A stretch of DNA of 64,000 bases from Planctomycetaceae bacterium (GCA_902630355.1 CACOUL010000003.1:14284-78283); one strand, 5' to 3'. Shown: positions 20,168 to 28,942, counted from the stretch's first letter. Notes: a model not told the origin generated them from the letters alone. A program made the numbers and translations.

Positions 20168-21049
20168 ATGGCGACCTCCCCCTCGGTAGAAAATCATATG
20201 ACGAAGCAGGAAGACACTTTGACTGCCAATAACCATGGTCCGAGTCGACCGAAAAGAGGCGTCCCGGAGGGCCTGTGGAAAAAGTGCCCCGACTGCGGTG
20301 AGACCATTTACGGGAAAGAGGCAGATCAACAGCTGGGGACCTGTCCACAGTGCGATCACCATTTTTATGTGAATGCCACCGAGCGCATCAAACAGGTACT
20401 CGATGGGGGTACATTTGAGGAGTGGTTCTCTGGCATGACGTCAGCCGACCCGCTCGAATTCGCCGACAAAAAGGCATATCGCGATCGCATCGTTGCCGAG
20501 CAAAAGCGAACCGGACTCACCGAGGCTGCCGTGGTCGGCACCGGTATGGTCCGGGCACGTCGAGTGGCCTTTGGGGTCACCGACTCGGCGTTCATTATGG
20601 GAAGCATGGGCGCGGTGGTGGGCGAAAAGTTAACGCGGCTCATCGAACGTGCGACCGACCAGAATCTTCCCTTGATCATCATCAGTGGCAGCGGAGGTGG
20701 GGCACGGATGCATGAGGGGATTTTGTCTCTGATGCAAATGGCCAAGGTTTCCGCAGCGCTTGCCCGCTATAACGAGGCGGGAGGACTCTTCATTTCGGTC
20801 CTGACCAATCCGACGATGGGTGGAGTGGCAGCAAGTTTTGCCTCGCTCGGTGATCTTGTGTTTGCCGAGCCGAAGGCACTGATTGGATTTGCCGGACCTC
20901 GCACGATCAAAGCAACGATCCGAATCGAATTGCCAGAAGGTTTTCAGACAAGCGAATTTTTGCTGAAGCACGGTTACATCGATCGCATTGTACGAAGGGT
21001 CGATCTCAAAAGCGAGATTGCGCGGGCGATTGACTATTGTGGCAAATAA
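20168..21049 (+). CDS. accD: acetyl-CoA carboxylase carboxyltransferase subunit beta
   Basis: The zinc ribbon [26 protein letters not shown] is present, followed by the carboxyltransferase core [17 protein letters not shown] and [15 protein letters not shown]. The ORF opens at TTG 20153, and the first ATG is at 20168. Confidence 0.92.
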   Translation: MATSPSVENHMTKQEDTLTANNHGPSRPKRGVPEGLWKKCPDCGETIYGKEADQQLGTCPQCDHHFYVNATERIKQVLDGGTFEEWFSGMTSADPLEFADKKAYRDRIVAEQKRTGLTEAAVVGTGMVRARRVAFGVTDSAFIMGSMGAVVGEKLTRLIERATDQNLPLIIISGSGGGARMHEGILSLMQMAKVSAALARYNEAGGLFISVLTNPTMGGVAASFASLGDLVFAEPKALIGFAGPRTIKATIRIELPEGFQTSEFLLKHGYIDRIVRRVDLKSEIARAIDYCGK

Positions 21050-21091
21050 AAGCCGTGTCTCCGCTCGAGGGATTCAGAACCTGAGGTCCGT

Positions 21092-21967
21092 GTGCATTGG
21101 ATCGAATCGATGAAATGGTGGAAAGGTTTGCGATCGTGGTGGGGGGGCGACCGGGTCAACATCGAGGACCGATTCGAGCTGATTCGGGAGGCCGCTGCGG
21201 GCACGATGTCTCGATTTTATATGGCGCGTGATCGCCGTAGCGATCAAGTCGTCGGTCTGAAATTACTCGATCAAGAAAAAACTAAAAAGTTCGAGTCGCG
21301 ATTTTCTAGGCTGAACAAGCCGAGTGAAGGGGAGATTGCTTCCAGTTTTTCGCATCCTGGGATTGTGGAAACGTTTGAATACGGACAAACGACGACGGGC
21401 CAATCGTACCTGTTGATGGAATATCTTGAAGGGCAGGGTATGAATACCCTTATTCAGGCCCGGGATCCGGAATTCGATCGTTATCGGCAACTTTTACTCC
21501 GGCAGATCGCCACCGCCTTGGCGGCCGTTCACGAGGGGGGCTTTATCCATCGCGATATTTGTCCGCGGAATTTTATCGTCGGTAAAGATCGGACCACAAT
21601 CAAGCTGATTGATTTCGGCTTGAGCATTCCCAATCGACCGGAGTTTTGCCGACCTGGAAACCGTACCGGAACACCGCTCTACATGTCGCCTGAAATTGTT
21701 CGCCGCAAACCGACCGACGTCCGGGTCGATATCTTTTCCTTCGGGGTCACCGCCTACGAAGTGCTCGCCGCGGCGCTGCCGTGGCCCGGTTCGGTGGTCA
21801 CCGGAAGAGCCGCGATGGATCACGATAAACCTCCGGTGCCGATCGAAGAGTACTGCCCGCAGCTCGATAGGGAACTCTCAGAAATCATCCATCGCTGCCT
21901 GGCGGCAGATCCTGCTGCACGGCCCGGGAGCATGGAGCAGATTGTAGCTGCTCTCCCCACTGCGTAG
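21092..21967 (+). CDS. stand-alone Ser/Thr protein kinase-like protein (atypical motifs)
   Basis: Kinase landmarks are VVGLKLL (beta3 Lys), LLMEYLEG, HRDICPRNFIV, IDFGLS, GTPLYMSPE and DIFSFGVTAYE. There is no canonical GxGxxG loop, and the catalytic-loop Lys is replaced by Cys. The ORF starts with GTG. Confidence 0.8.
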   Translation: MHWIESMKWWKGLRSWWGGDRVNIEDRFELIREAAAGTMSRFYMARDRRSDQVVGLKLLDQEKTKKFESRFSRLNKPSEGEIASSFSHPGIVETFEYGQTTTGQSYLLMEYLEGQGMNTLIQARDPEFDRYRQLLLRQIATALAAVHEGGFIHRDICPRNFIVGKDRTTIKLIDFGLSIPNRPEFCRPGNRTGTPLYMSPEIVRRKPTDVRVDIFSFGVTAYEVLAAALPWPGSVVTGRAAMDHDKPPVPIEEYCPQLDRELSEIIHRCLAADPAARPGSMEQIVAALPTA

Positions 21968-22185
21968 GGAAGGAGCAGGGGATCGGCTCGGGAGTTCGAC
22001 CCTTGGCAGCCTGGCGGCGGTTGCGGTAAGATGAGAGGCCCGGTTGGATTTCGGGGGTCCTTGGTGCGGCGGTTCTCACGCGGCCGGGCCCGGGTGCGAG
22101 TCGATCGGACTGGGATGGATTCTTGCGGTTTTTCAAGCATTGTTTTCCAACCACCGAGCCTCATTTTCTCAAGAGAATAGATCCG

Positions 22186-22428
22186 ATGACCATTGATAAA
22201 AGCCTCAAAATTCGCCGCGGTATGATGCGGACCCGCAATGTGCTCACGCGTGCCGAGCGAATCAAAAAGCTCGGGGAGACCGATCGTTGGCAAGAGGGCG
22301 ATTCTCCGCTCGGATTAGCGAAAGTCCGCGTCGAGACGGTGGTCCTCAAGAAGAAGAAGAAAAAGGAAGAGGCGACCGAAGGGGCTGAAGAAGGGGCTGC
22401 CGAAGACACTCCTGCCAAGGAAGAGTAG
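22186..22428 (+). CDS. small basic protein (PVC-type, Lys-rich tail)
   Basis: 80 aa from ATG 22186: MTIDKSLKIRRGMMRTRNVLTRAERIKKLGETDRWQEG ... VVLKKKKKKEE. It resembles the small basic protein family conserved in Planctomycetes, Verrucomicrobia and Chlamydiae, as recalled from memory. Confidence 0.55.
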   Translation: MTIDKSLKIRRGMMRTRNVLTRAERIKKLGETDRWQEGDSPLGLAKVRVETVVLKKKKKKEEATEGAEEGAAEDTPAKEE

Positions 22429-22435
22429 ACCTACC

Positions 22436-22465
22436 ACAGAGTCATCTTTTACAGAGTCATCTTTT
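22436..22465. repeat. perfect 15-bp tandem duplication (ACAGAGTCATCTTTT x2)
   Basis: Read directly from the sequence (22436-22450 and 22451-22465). It lies 8 nt after the stop of the small basic protein gene, in a convergent intergenic region. Confidence 0.95.
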
Positions 22466-22591
22466 GCGGGGTCGCCTGCAGGTAGGCCGCTCGGGCAGGC
22501 CAGCTTCCATCTCTGCCTCCCGACAATTTTTCCAGTCTGAGTATCCCGCTGCGAACCTTCGCTGCGATTCCCTGTATTGCCGTTACCCGCG

Positions 22592-23752
22592 TTATCGCTT
22601 TGGTTGGCAATAGGAGAGCGCGAGCAGCGCATATCCAGTTACGAGATTCGCATCCGCTTCAAGCCACCGCGATTGACTGTTGATCCAGGATCCGTCCGCC
22701 TGCTGTTCGCTCGCCAGCTTTCGCGTCAGTTCGCTTCGCCAGTCGTGGCGATTTCCGGCAGCGTCGAGAAACGTATCTTCCCCGAGTGCATCGAGGGCTT
22801 TGGCAAAGGTGTGATAATAATAATAGAGGCCTTGCTGACCGAGGCCCGGGTTTTGATCGAGGCGATAATTTTTTCGAATCCACTCGGTGGCCGCCTTCAC
22901 GCGGGGATCTTCATCGGTGAGCCCCGCATAAATCAGGCTTTTAAGTCCCATATAGGTCATCGATCCATAGCTTCTCAGGCCGCGCTCTTCCTCACTCTCG
23001 CCTTCGGGCCACTTTGCCTGACTGCTCCCTCCGGCAGCACCCGTGTAGTAGAAACCTCCATCGGGGTTTTTGACCGACCACTTGGTGTCATTGAACTCCG
23101 TTTCCAGATTCTGACATCGCGATACGAAGATCAACGCCTTGCGAAGTGCCTCGTCATCAGGGCCTGCCCCGGCAGCGACGAGCGCGTCGATCATGATTCC
23201 CGTGTTGGAGAGATCGGGACGCTTATGTTTTCCGTATCCCGCCCCGCCGTAAAACGGACTCTCGACGCTACGGTCCTCCGTTTCGTCATACTGCAAACCT
23301 TTGAGGAAGCGATCTGCATTTTTGACGATCGTTTTGTAGCTTCCAGGTTGCTTCTTTTCCGCTTCTGCAAAGCACATCACGGCTAAACTCGTTTCATAGT
23401 TACGATACATGCTCCCCGGTGCGTAGATGCCACCATCGGGTTGAACGAATTTCTGGAGATAATCGAGACTCCGCGCCACTACAGGATCCTCGGGCGTGTA
23501 GCCGCTGCGGAGGACGGCAGTCGTGACCAGGGCTGTCACTCCAGGTCCCGCGCCCTCGCTATACGAACCATCGCTCGCCTGACCCTGCGTTTGTAAAAAG
23601 CGAATACCCCGCTGCACGATTTTTTCGTGGAGTCGCGCCACGTCCGATTTTTCGTCGTCCGCTGCGACTGGCACAAGTGTCAATTGGCTTGCGAAGATTG
23701 CCAGGGCAGTGAGGACAATGGCGCCAGCGTACTTTCTTAGATGATGCCTCAT
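22592..23752 (-). CDS. exported prenyltransferase/squalene-oxidase-repeat protein
   Basis: The signal-like N-terminus MRHHLRKYAGAIVLTALAIFASQLTLVPVAA begins at the internal ATG 23752 (the ORF extends to 23863). Repeated aromatic/Gly motifs (DGSYSEGAGPG, DGGIYAPGS, GGAGYG, DGGFYYTGAAGG, DGSWINSQSRW) are typical of alpha/alpha-toroid terpenoid-cyclase-like repeats. Confidence 0.6.
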   Translation of the reverse strand: MRHHLRKYAGAIVLTALAIFASQLTLVPVAADDEKSDVARLHEKIVQRGIRFLQTQGQASDGSYSEGAGPGVTALVTTAVLRSGYTPEDPVVARSLDYLQKFVQPDGGIYAPGSMYRNYETSLAVMCFAEAEKKQPGSYKTIVKNADRFLKGLQYDETEDRSVESPFYGGAGYGKHKRPDLSNTGIMIDALVAAGAGPDDEALRKALIFVSRCQNLETEFNDTKWSVKNPDGGFYYTGAAGGSSQAKWPEGESEEERGLRSYGSMTYMGLKSLIYAGLTDEDPRVKAATEWIRKNYRLDQNPGLGQQGLYYYYHTFAKALDALGEDTFLDAAGNRHDWRSELTRKLASEQQADGSWINSQSRWLEADANLVTGYALLALSYCQPKR

Positions 23753-23911
23753 GCTGCAAAACCCCTTTTCTGCGAGGAACGCCTCGATTCGGTCCCCTTC
23801 ATTGTATCGGCTGCGCTCCAGAATATCCAAGCAATCATTCCGGCCCGCTGCGGGGAGTTCCACCTGTGGCGTAGACCGGCCTGCGGTATTGGTGCAGTGG
23901 TACCGTCAATT

Positions 23912-24199
23912 TTAGGCAACGATCGCTAGGATATCGCTCTCGCTCATAATCAGCAGCGATTCTCCATCGACCGCCACCTCGGTTCCCGAGTACTGAGAGT
24001 AGAGTACGCGATCACCCTCGGTTACCTCGTGTTGCGAGCGAGAACCATCTTGATTCAAACGCCCGTCCCCCACCGAAAGCACCTTTCCTTGGCGAGGTTT
24101 TTCCTGCGCTGCATCCGGAAGCACAATCCCACCGGCGGTCATTTCTTCCGCCTCCAGCGGTCGCAAAACGACCTTGTCTCCCAAAGGTATCAATTTCAT
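23912..24199 (-). CDS. groES: co-chaperonin GroES
   Basis: MKLIPLGDKVVLRPLEAEEMTAGGIVLPDAAQEKPRQGKVLSVGDG ... GDRVLYSQYSGTEV is a full-length Cpn10 signature. No groEL follows it. Confidence 0.93.
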   Translation of the reverse strand: MKLIPLGDKVVLRPLEAEEMTAGGIVLPDAAQEKPRQGKVLSVGDGRLNQDGSRSQHEVTEGDRVLYSQYSGTEVAVDGESLLIMSESDILAIVA

Positions 24200-24398
24200 C
24201 TGTCATTTACTCCTTGCAGTCTCAGTCTACCGATCGCTCAAACGAATGCGTGACGCATATCAGGAAATAATATTCACCGCCATCAATAACAGGAAGAGAA
24301 TCCAGGCCGATAATGCTATCGCACTTACGGCAAGAATCCAACGGGCACTCTTTCTGGCAACCATAGAAAAACGGCTCTCCGTCAAATTGATCGGCGCT

Positions 24399-24935
24399 TC
24401 ACTCACTGCTTGGCGGGATGCTGAAATTTTCGACTAGTTCCCGGTCGAAGTCGAAGACGTCCTCAAAATCTTCCAGTCGATCTTGATCGGTCTTTTTCAT
24501 TTGACCGATCTCAATCAGTTTGAAAACGATGTTGCCAAAATCGCCCGTTTTGTGGACACCCCAACTATTGAGTACGCACTTTGCCATGTAGCCGTATTGG
24601 TCCAGCGCAAGGCTACGGATTGCAATGCAGAGTTGTTGTCCCGTCACGTGCTTTTCCGCTTCGCTTGGCAGCGAGGGCGATGCGGCACCCGCCTCCTCAA
24701 GAAAGCTGGCCGCTTCTTCGAGGTCTTCAGGTTCACTGTGCTGTTCCTCACCAAGCTGCTCATCGGCAAGCAGAAGCGGCTCTATCTCCTCGGCCGTACC
24801 AGAGGCCCCCTGCTCGCCTATCCCCATTGCGGTGTGTGCGTGATTGAGCGCCTCAAAAACAAACGTGTAGGCATCGACGCGATAGCGTCCATCTTCGCGG
24901 GCGAGTTTTGAAATCGGATGATTCGGGTCGAGCAT
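24399..24935 (-). CDS. conserved PVC-lineage protein (Minf_1886-like)
   Basis: 178-aa ORF. The N-terminus (HPISKLAREDGRYRVDAYTFVFEALNHA) and C-terminus (GYMAKCVLNSWGVHKTGDFGNIVFKLIEIGQMKKTDQD) match my recollection of the Verrucomicrobia/Planctomycetes-restricted Minf_1886 family. Its function is unknown. Confidence 0.5.
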   Translation of the reverse strand: MLDPNHPISKLAREDGRYRVDAYTFVFEALNHAHTAMGIGEQGASGTAEEIEPLLLADEQLGEEQHSEPEDLEEAASFLEEAGAASPSLPSEAEKHVTGQQLCIAIRSLALDQYGYMAKCVLNSWGVHKTGDFGNIVFKLIEIGQMKKTDQDRLEDFEDVFDFDRELVENFSIPPSSE

Positions 24936-25121
24936 GGCAAAAGGAAAGGAAAAGAATACTACTATGCGGCGGGTCGGCCTGCGGTCCGGGAAACGTGAGT
25001 CTCAACAGGAACCGCTGCTCTCATTCTAACGCATGCTGCCCGCGCGGGATACGAACCGGACGCCATTTCGGCCAGATCCGATCCACGCATCGCGCGTGTA
25101 ATGTTCACAAAATGGGGGGGG

Positions 25122-25925
25122 TTAAAGGACAGAGAGGACCTCCTCGGATCCGATCATGACCCGCCGCATATCTTCGGTCTGGATCAGCAACTGCCCGGCC
25201 AGAATTTCATGGCTCAGTACCTTTCCCCGGCCCGTCGAAGTGACAATATCAGCCCCGATCGGTGGGAGTTCGCTCTTGAGTTCGCGGTACGTTTCGTATT
25301 CGTATCGCAGGCAGCATTTCAGCCGCCCACAGCGTCCCGAAATTTTACTCGGATCGAGGGTCGCCTTCTGGAGTTTTGCCATCTTCATCGAAACAGGGGG
25401 CATCTCAGGGAGATGCGTATTGCAGCAGACCGGTTTGCCGCAATCGCCATAGTCGGCCAGCAATTTTGCCTCGTCCCGAACTCCGATCTGTCGCATCTCG
25501 ATCCGCGCACTGAATTCGGCAGCCAGAATCTTTACCAGTTCGCGAAAATCAACCCGATCCTCCGCAAGGTAATAGACTAAAATCCGCTCCCCCCCAAAAA
25601 CCTTTTCCACATCGATCAATTGCATTTCGATCCCGAGTTTGGCAATCTGCGATTGACAGAAATCCCAGCACTGCCGCTCAGTTTGATGCAATTGATCCAA
25701 CTGCTCGCGGTCTTTATCGGTGTACTCGCGCAGAATGCGTCCACCATTCTCGTCCTGCAACTCCTCGGTAGAGTCTTCTCTTGCCTCGCAGAGTACCTCG
25801 GCCATCTCGACGCCCCGCCGGGTTTTGGCAAGGACGCGTTGACCGCGGCGGAAGGTGGCCGAGCGGGAAGCCGTAAAACGGCCTAGCAGTCGCAGCGAGC
25901 CGTAGCGAAGAATGAAATCGGGCAT
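25122..25925 (-). CDS. PSP1 domain protein (RicT/YaaT-like)
   Basis: The PSP1 C-terminal pattern is present, with the Cys cluster YGDCGKPVCCNTHL and GRCGRLKCCLRYEYETY. Confidence 0.85.
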   Translation of the reverse strand: MPDFILRYGSLRLLGRFTASRSATFRRGQRVLAKTRRGVEMAEVLCEAREDSTEELQDENGGRILREYTDKDREQLDQLHQTERQCWDFCQSQIAKLGIEMQLIDVEKVFGGERILVYYLAEDRVDFRELVKILAAEFSARIEMRQIGVRDEAKLLADYGDCGKPVCCNTHLPEMPPVSMKMAKLQKATLDPSKISGRCGRLKCCLRYEYETYRELKSELPPIGADIVTSTGRGKVLSHEILAGQLLIQTEDMRRVMIGSEEVLSVL

Positions 25926-26277
25926 GAGCGAAGCAGAGCGAATGCATGGCGAAACGAGGGCAAAGGAGCGAGCCTGTGCACCGAGACCCGCCCACCCTAG
26001 CCGAAACGCAGTAAGAGAAAAAGCGGTAGGTACCTTGGCCCTCTCTCGGCCGACCTTTCCATCCGGGAAACCCGAGAGGCGACTCGCCAGGGGGTTTCAG
26101 TACCCCCTCCCTAGAGCTATAATTGTAGTCATGAGTCTGATTTTTTCAGCATGCCCTGCTTAATGGGGGTTAACCACTATTGGCAACCCAAAACTGGCAG
26201 GCAAAAATTTCTCCAACTCCTTATTGAAATCGTTTTCGAAGTCTCAATGGTCATTCGCCCAACAGGGAGACTTGTCG

Positions 26278-26823
26278 ATGATTATTCAAATTTTGGATTC
26301 TCATGACCGGATCGCCTACATGTCAGGACTGCACCCGGCTGATACCAATATTGGACTCATAGTATCAGATGTGATTGGCCAGTCAGTATGGTCGTCCGTT
26401 CACCGGGGTGCCGAGCCGTACCGCGCAGCTTTTGTGCGCTGCCGTGCAGGAGAGGGGCCGCAGGTTTTCGATGTCTCGATCGACTTTGTCGGAAACTTGC
26501 ATCGCTGGGTCGGGGATGTCGACCGTTTTGGGCAGGATCAACTAGTGATCACCGCGGAAAGCGTCCCAGAGAATCTTGAGGATCTTTCGGCGCGGGAGTC
26601 GGAGGTACTCACACTTCTCTCCAAGCGGCTCTCATCGACCAAAATTGCTGAGAAGATGGGCATTACCGTCTCGACGGTGGAAAAACATCGCAGCAAGATT
26701 CGCTCCACCCTGCGATTGAAGGATGAGTGTGCTCTGGCACAACTCGCCTCTACCCTGGAAGGCAGAGCGCAACTCTTTTTTTCCAGCAGCACAAACGGTC
26801 ACGCCTTTTTAGATGGTCATTAG
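26278..26823 (+). CDS. LuxR-family transcriptional regulator with small N-terminal sensor-like domain
   Basis: The C-terminal HTH reads LSARESEVLTLLSKRLSSTKIAEKMGITVSTVEKHRSKIRSTLRL. The N-terminal region of about 110 aa is PAS-like in size. The ORF opens at TTG 26224, and the first ATG is at 26278. Confidence 0.8.
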   Translation: MIIQILDSHDRIAYMSGLHPADTNIGLIVSDVIGQSVWSSVHRGAEPYRAAFVRCRAGEGPQVFDVSIDFVGNLHRWVGDVDRFGQDQLVITAESVPENLEDLSARESEVLTLLSKRLSSTKIAEKMGITVSTVEKHRSKIRSTLRLKDECALAQLASTLEGRAQLFFSSSTNGHAFLDGH

Positions 26824-26855
26824 GTAGCGATGCCCATTCGCTCCGCGTCAGTATC

Positions 26856-26998
26856 GTTTCAAATCCCAGTTTCAAATCCCAGTTTCAAATCCCAGTTTCA
26901 AATCCCAGTTTCAAATCCCAGTTTCAAATCCCAGTTTCAAATCCCAGTTTCAAATCCCAGTTTCAAATCCCAGGTTCAAATCCCAGGTTCATAACCTC
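26856..26998. repeat. 13-bp tandem repeat array, (GTTTCAAATCCCA)n
   Basis: Counted directly from the sequence. Nine perfect head-to-tail units span 26856-26972, one unit has a single mismatch (GGTTCAAATCCCA, 26973-26985), and a degenerate unit follows (GGTTCATAACCTC). The array lies between the two LuxR genes and ends about 30 bp before the 27027 start. Confidence 0.97.
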
Positions 26999-27026
26999 GT
27001 CAAATTAACGCCACGGAATAAAATCA

Positions 27027-27539
27027 ATGATCGCAATGGTGGTGGATGGTTCCTATCAATGTTTGGGTATGTCGGATATCCCTGTCGCTCACAAAAAAGC
27101 TGGCAAAAGCCGCGTGGAATACTCCAACTCAAATACGCTCGAGCATGTTTCCGAGGGTTTAGAAGAATGGAAGGCAGCGATCGACCAGTGCCTCTCGACA
27201 CAAGAAGACACCAAGTGCGAATTTTGCAATGAGTTTGCCGGGGTGAGTACCCGCTGGCGTGCAGAGTTGTGCTATTTAGAGCCGGATCGTGTGTTGGTCA
27301 CGTTCCGCCGCCTGCCCTCGGCAATCCACCTTCTTACAGAGCGGGAACGCGATGTGCTCGATGCGGTGGCCACAGGAAAAACCAACGCTCAGGTTGCAGA
27401 AGCGCTCGGCATTAGCCTCTCTACGGTCGAAAAGCATCGACACCATATTCGGCAGACTCTCAATCTCTCCAGTGAGCAGGAGTTGCACCTGACGGCCTGG
27501 TTAGTGGCAAATCCCGACATATTACACGCGCTCCCTTGA
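27027..27539 (+). CDS. LuxR-family transcriptional regulator (paralog of 26278..26823)
   Basis: The HTH LTERERDVLDAVATGKTNAQVAEALGISLSTVEKHRHHIRQTLNL closely parallels the upstream regulator (STVEKHR motif shared). The N-terminal domain is small. Confidence 0.8.
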   Translation: MIAMVVDGSYQCLGMSDIPVAHKKAGKSRVEYSNSNTLEHVSEGLEEWKAAIDQCLSTQEDTKCEFCNEFAGVSTRWRAELCYLEPDRVLVTFRRLPSAIHLLTERERDVLDAVATGKTNAQVAEALGISLSTVEKHRHHIRQTLNLSSEQELHLTAWLVANPDILHALP

Positions 27540-27660
27540 TGCCTTTTGGGTAGACCGGTTCCATGTTAGGGTTACGCAGTATGGATTGGCCGGTTTTGCT
27601 CTCAGCATCGGTCTTTAACAACTTGGGGGTCGGCAACGCTATCAATCTTGGGAGATTGCG

Positions 27661-27987
27661 ATGAGTGATGTGATTGAGTTTTCGGATGCGGGCTTTGCGA
27701 CAGATGTTTTGGGTTCGGACTCACCGGTACTAGTTGACTTCTGGGCCCCCTGGTGCGGCCCCTGCCGGATGATTGCTCCGATGGTGGAAGAATTGGCAGT
27801 CGAGAATGCCGGTTCGGTCAAGGTCGGAAAGATCAATATCGATGATAATCCGCAGACGGCACAGCAGTTTAATGTTTCGAGCATTCCGACCATGATGGTC
27901 TTCAAAGCCGGGGAAGTGGTCGCCAGTTTGGTCGGCGTCCAACCGAAACACAAACTGCAGGAGTTGCTCGACGAGGCAAAAGGCTGA
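27661..27987 (+). CDS. trxA: thioredoxin
   Basis: 108 aa with the active site WAPWCGPCRMIAP. The protein is collinear with TrxA over its full length. Confidence 0.93.
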   Translation: MSDVIEFSDAGFATDVLGSDSPVLVDFWAPWCGPCRMIAPMVEELAVENAGSVKVGKINIDDNPQTAQQFNVSSIPTMMVFKAGEVVASLVGVQPKHKLQELLDEAKG

Positions 27988-28051
27988 TACTCAATTTCCC
28001 GACAGCGACTATAACGGGAGAGGGTTATTCTCAAAACAGTCGGGTAGCACC

Positions 28052-28942
28052 ATGCAGATTGCGATCTCCGGAGCCACGGGCCTGGTCGGCTCTTCGCTTG
28101 CCGATGCTCTTGCCGGGGCGGAAGACGAAGTGATACGCCTTGTGCGTCGAAATCCATCGTGTCGCGATGTGCTGTGGGACCCGACCGTCGACTCCTTCGA
28201 TGCGTCGACTCTCGCCGGTTGTGAGGCAGTGGTCCACCTTGCGGGAGAGAACATCGCCCGCGGTCGCTGGACTGCGGCCAAAAAGCAGCGAATCCGCGAA
28301 AGTCGGGTACACTCGACTCGCCTCCTTGCCGAAGGGCTGGCGGCGTGTGAGCAAAAACCGCGGGTACTCATTTGCGCCTCGGCGATCGGGTTCTACGGCA
28401 ACTCGGGAGAAAGGCTCGTGGATGAACAGAGCCCGGCAGGGGATGATTTCTTGGCCAGCGTGTGCCAGGACTGGGAGGTTGCCTCGCAACCTGCCCGCGA
28501 CGCAGGAATCCGCGTGGTGAATGTCCGCATCGGTGTCGTTCTGAGCGATCGGGGCGGTGCCTTGGCGAAGATGCTCACGCCGTTTCGGCTCGGTCTCGGC
28601 GGACGTGTGGGCTCCGGTCAACAGTACATGAGTTGGATTGCCCTACCCGATCTGGTCGGGGTATTGCGCCACGCTATCGGGGCCGAGTCGCTCTCTGGCC
28701 CGGTCAATGCCGTGGCCCCTCATCCGGTGACCAATGCAGAATTCACCAAGACACTCGGCAAGGTTTTGGGTCGGCCGACCCTTTTTCCCATGCCTACGGT
28801 GGTAGCCCGCACCATGTTTGGTGAGATGGCCGATGCACTGCTGCTCTCGAGTACCCGCGTATCGTCAAAAGAACTCGAGCAGTCCGGTTACACCTTTATG
28901 TATGCTGATCTCGATTCGGCGCTCCGTGGAGTGATTCAATGA
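28052..28942 (+). CDS. TIGR01777/YfcH-type NAD-dependent epimerase-like protein
   Basis: The Rossmann N-terminus is MQIAISGATGLVGSSL. The C-terminal DUF1731-like segment is PMPTVVARTMFGEMADALLLSSTRVSSKEL. Confidence 0.8.
   Translation: MQIAISGATGLVGSSLADALAGAEDEVIRLVRRNPSCRDVLWDPTVDSFDASTLAGCEAVVHLAGENIARGRWTAAKKQRIRESRVHSTRLLAEGLAACEQKPRVLICASAIGFYGNSGERLVDEQSPAGDDFLASVCQDWEVASQPARDAGIRVVNVRIGVVLSDRGGALAKMLTPFRLGLGGRVGSGQQYMSWIALPDLVGVLRHAIGAESLSGPVNAVAPHPVTNAEFTKTLGKVLGRPTLFPMPTVVARTMFGEMADALLLSSTRVSSKELEQSGYTFMYADLDSALRGVIQ

Noticed and set aside
22577-23386. A 269-aa plus-strand ORF.
   Set aside because: It is antisense to the prenyltransferase-repeat protein gene, which has a signal peptide and repeated family motifs. 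It is a shadow ORF.
24200-24398. Search for a CIRCE (HrcA) operator upstream of groES.
   Set aside because: I could not find anything close to TTAGCACTC-N9-GAGTGCTAA. Only a one-sided partial resemblance (GGGCACTC) is present.
26856-26998. Possible CRISPR array.
   Set aside because: The units are only 13 bp and directly abut one another with no unique spacers. No cas genes or leader-like region are present in the window.
26973-26998. GGTTCAAATCCC, which looks like a tRNA T-arm and T-loop.
   Set aside because: The flanking sequence is the tandem repeat itself. No acceptor stem, D-arm or anticodon arm can be built around it. I found no tRNA anywhere in the window.
26727-27008. A 93-aa ORF whose translation shows a striking 13-residue peptide repeat (VSNPSFKSQFQIP repeated).
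   Set aside because: It is a direct consequence of translating the 13-bp DNA repeat (13 bp x 3 = 39 bp = 13 codons). Any frame gives a periodic peptide, there is no credible start context, and the ORF lies between two well-defined genes.
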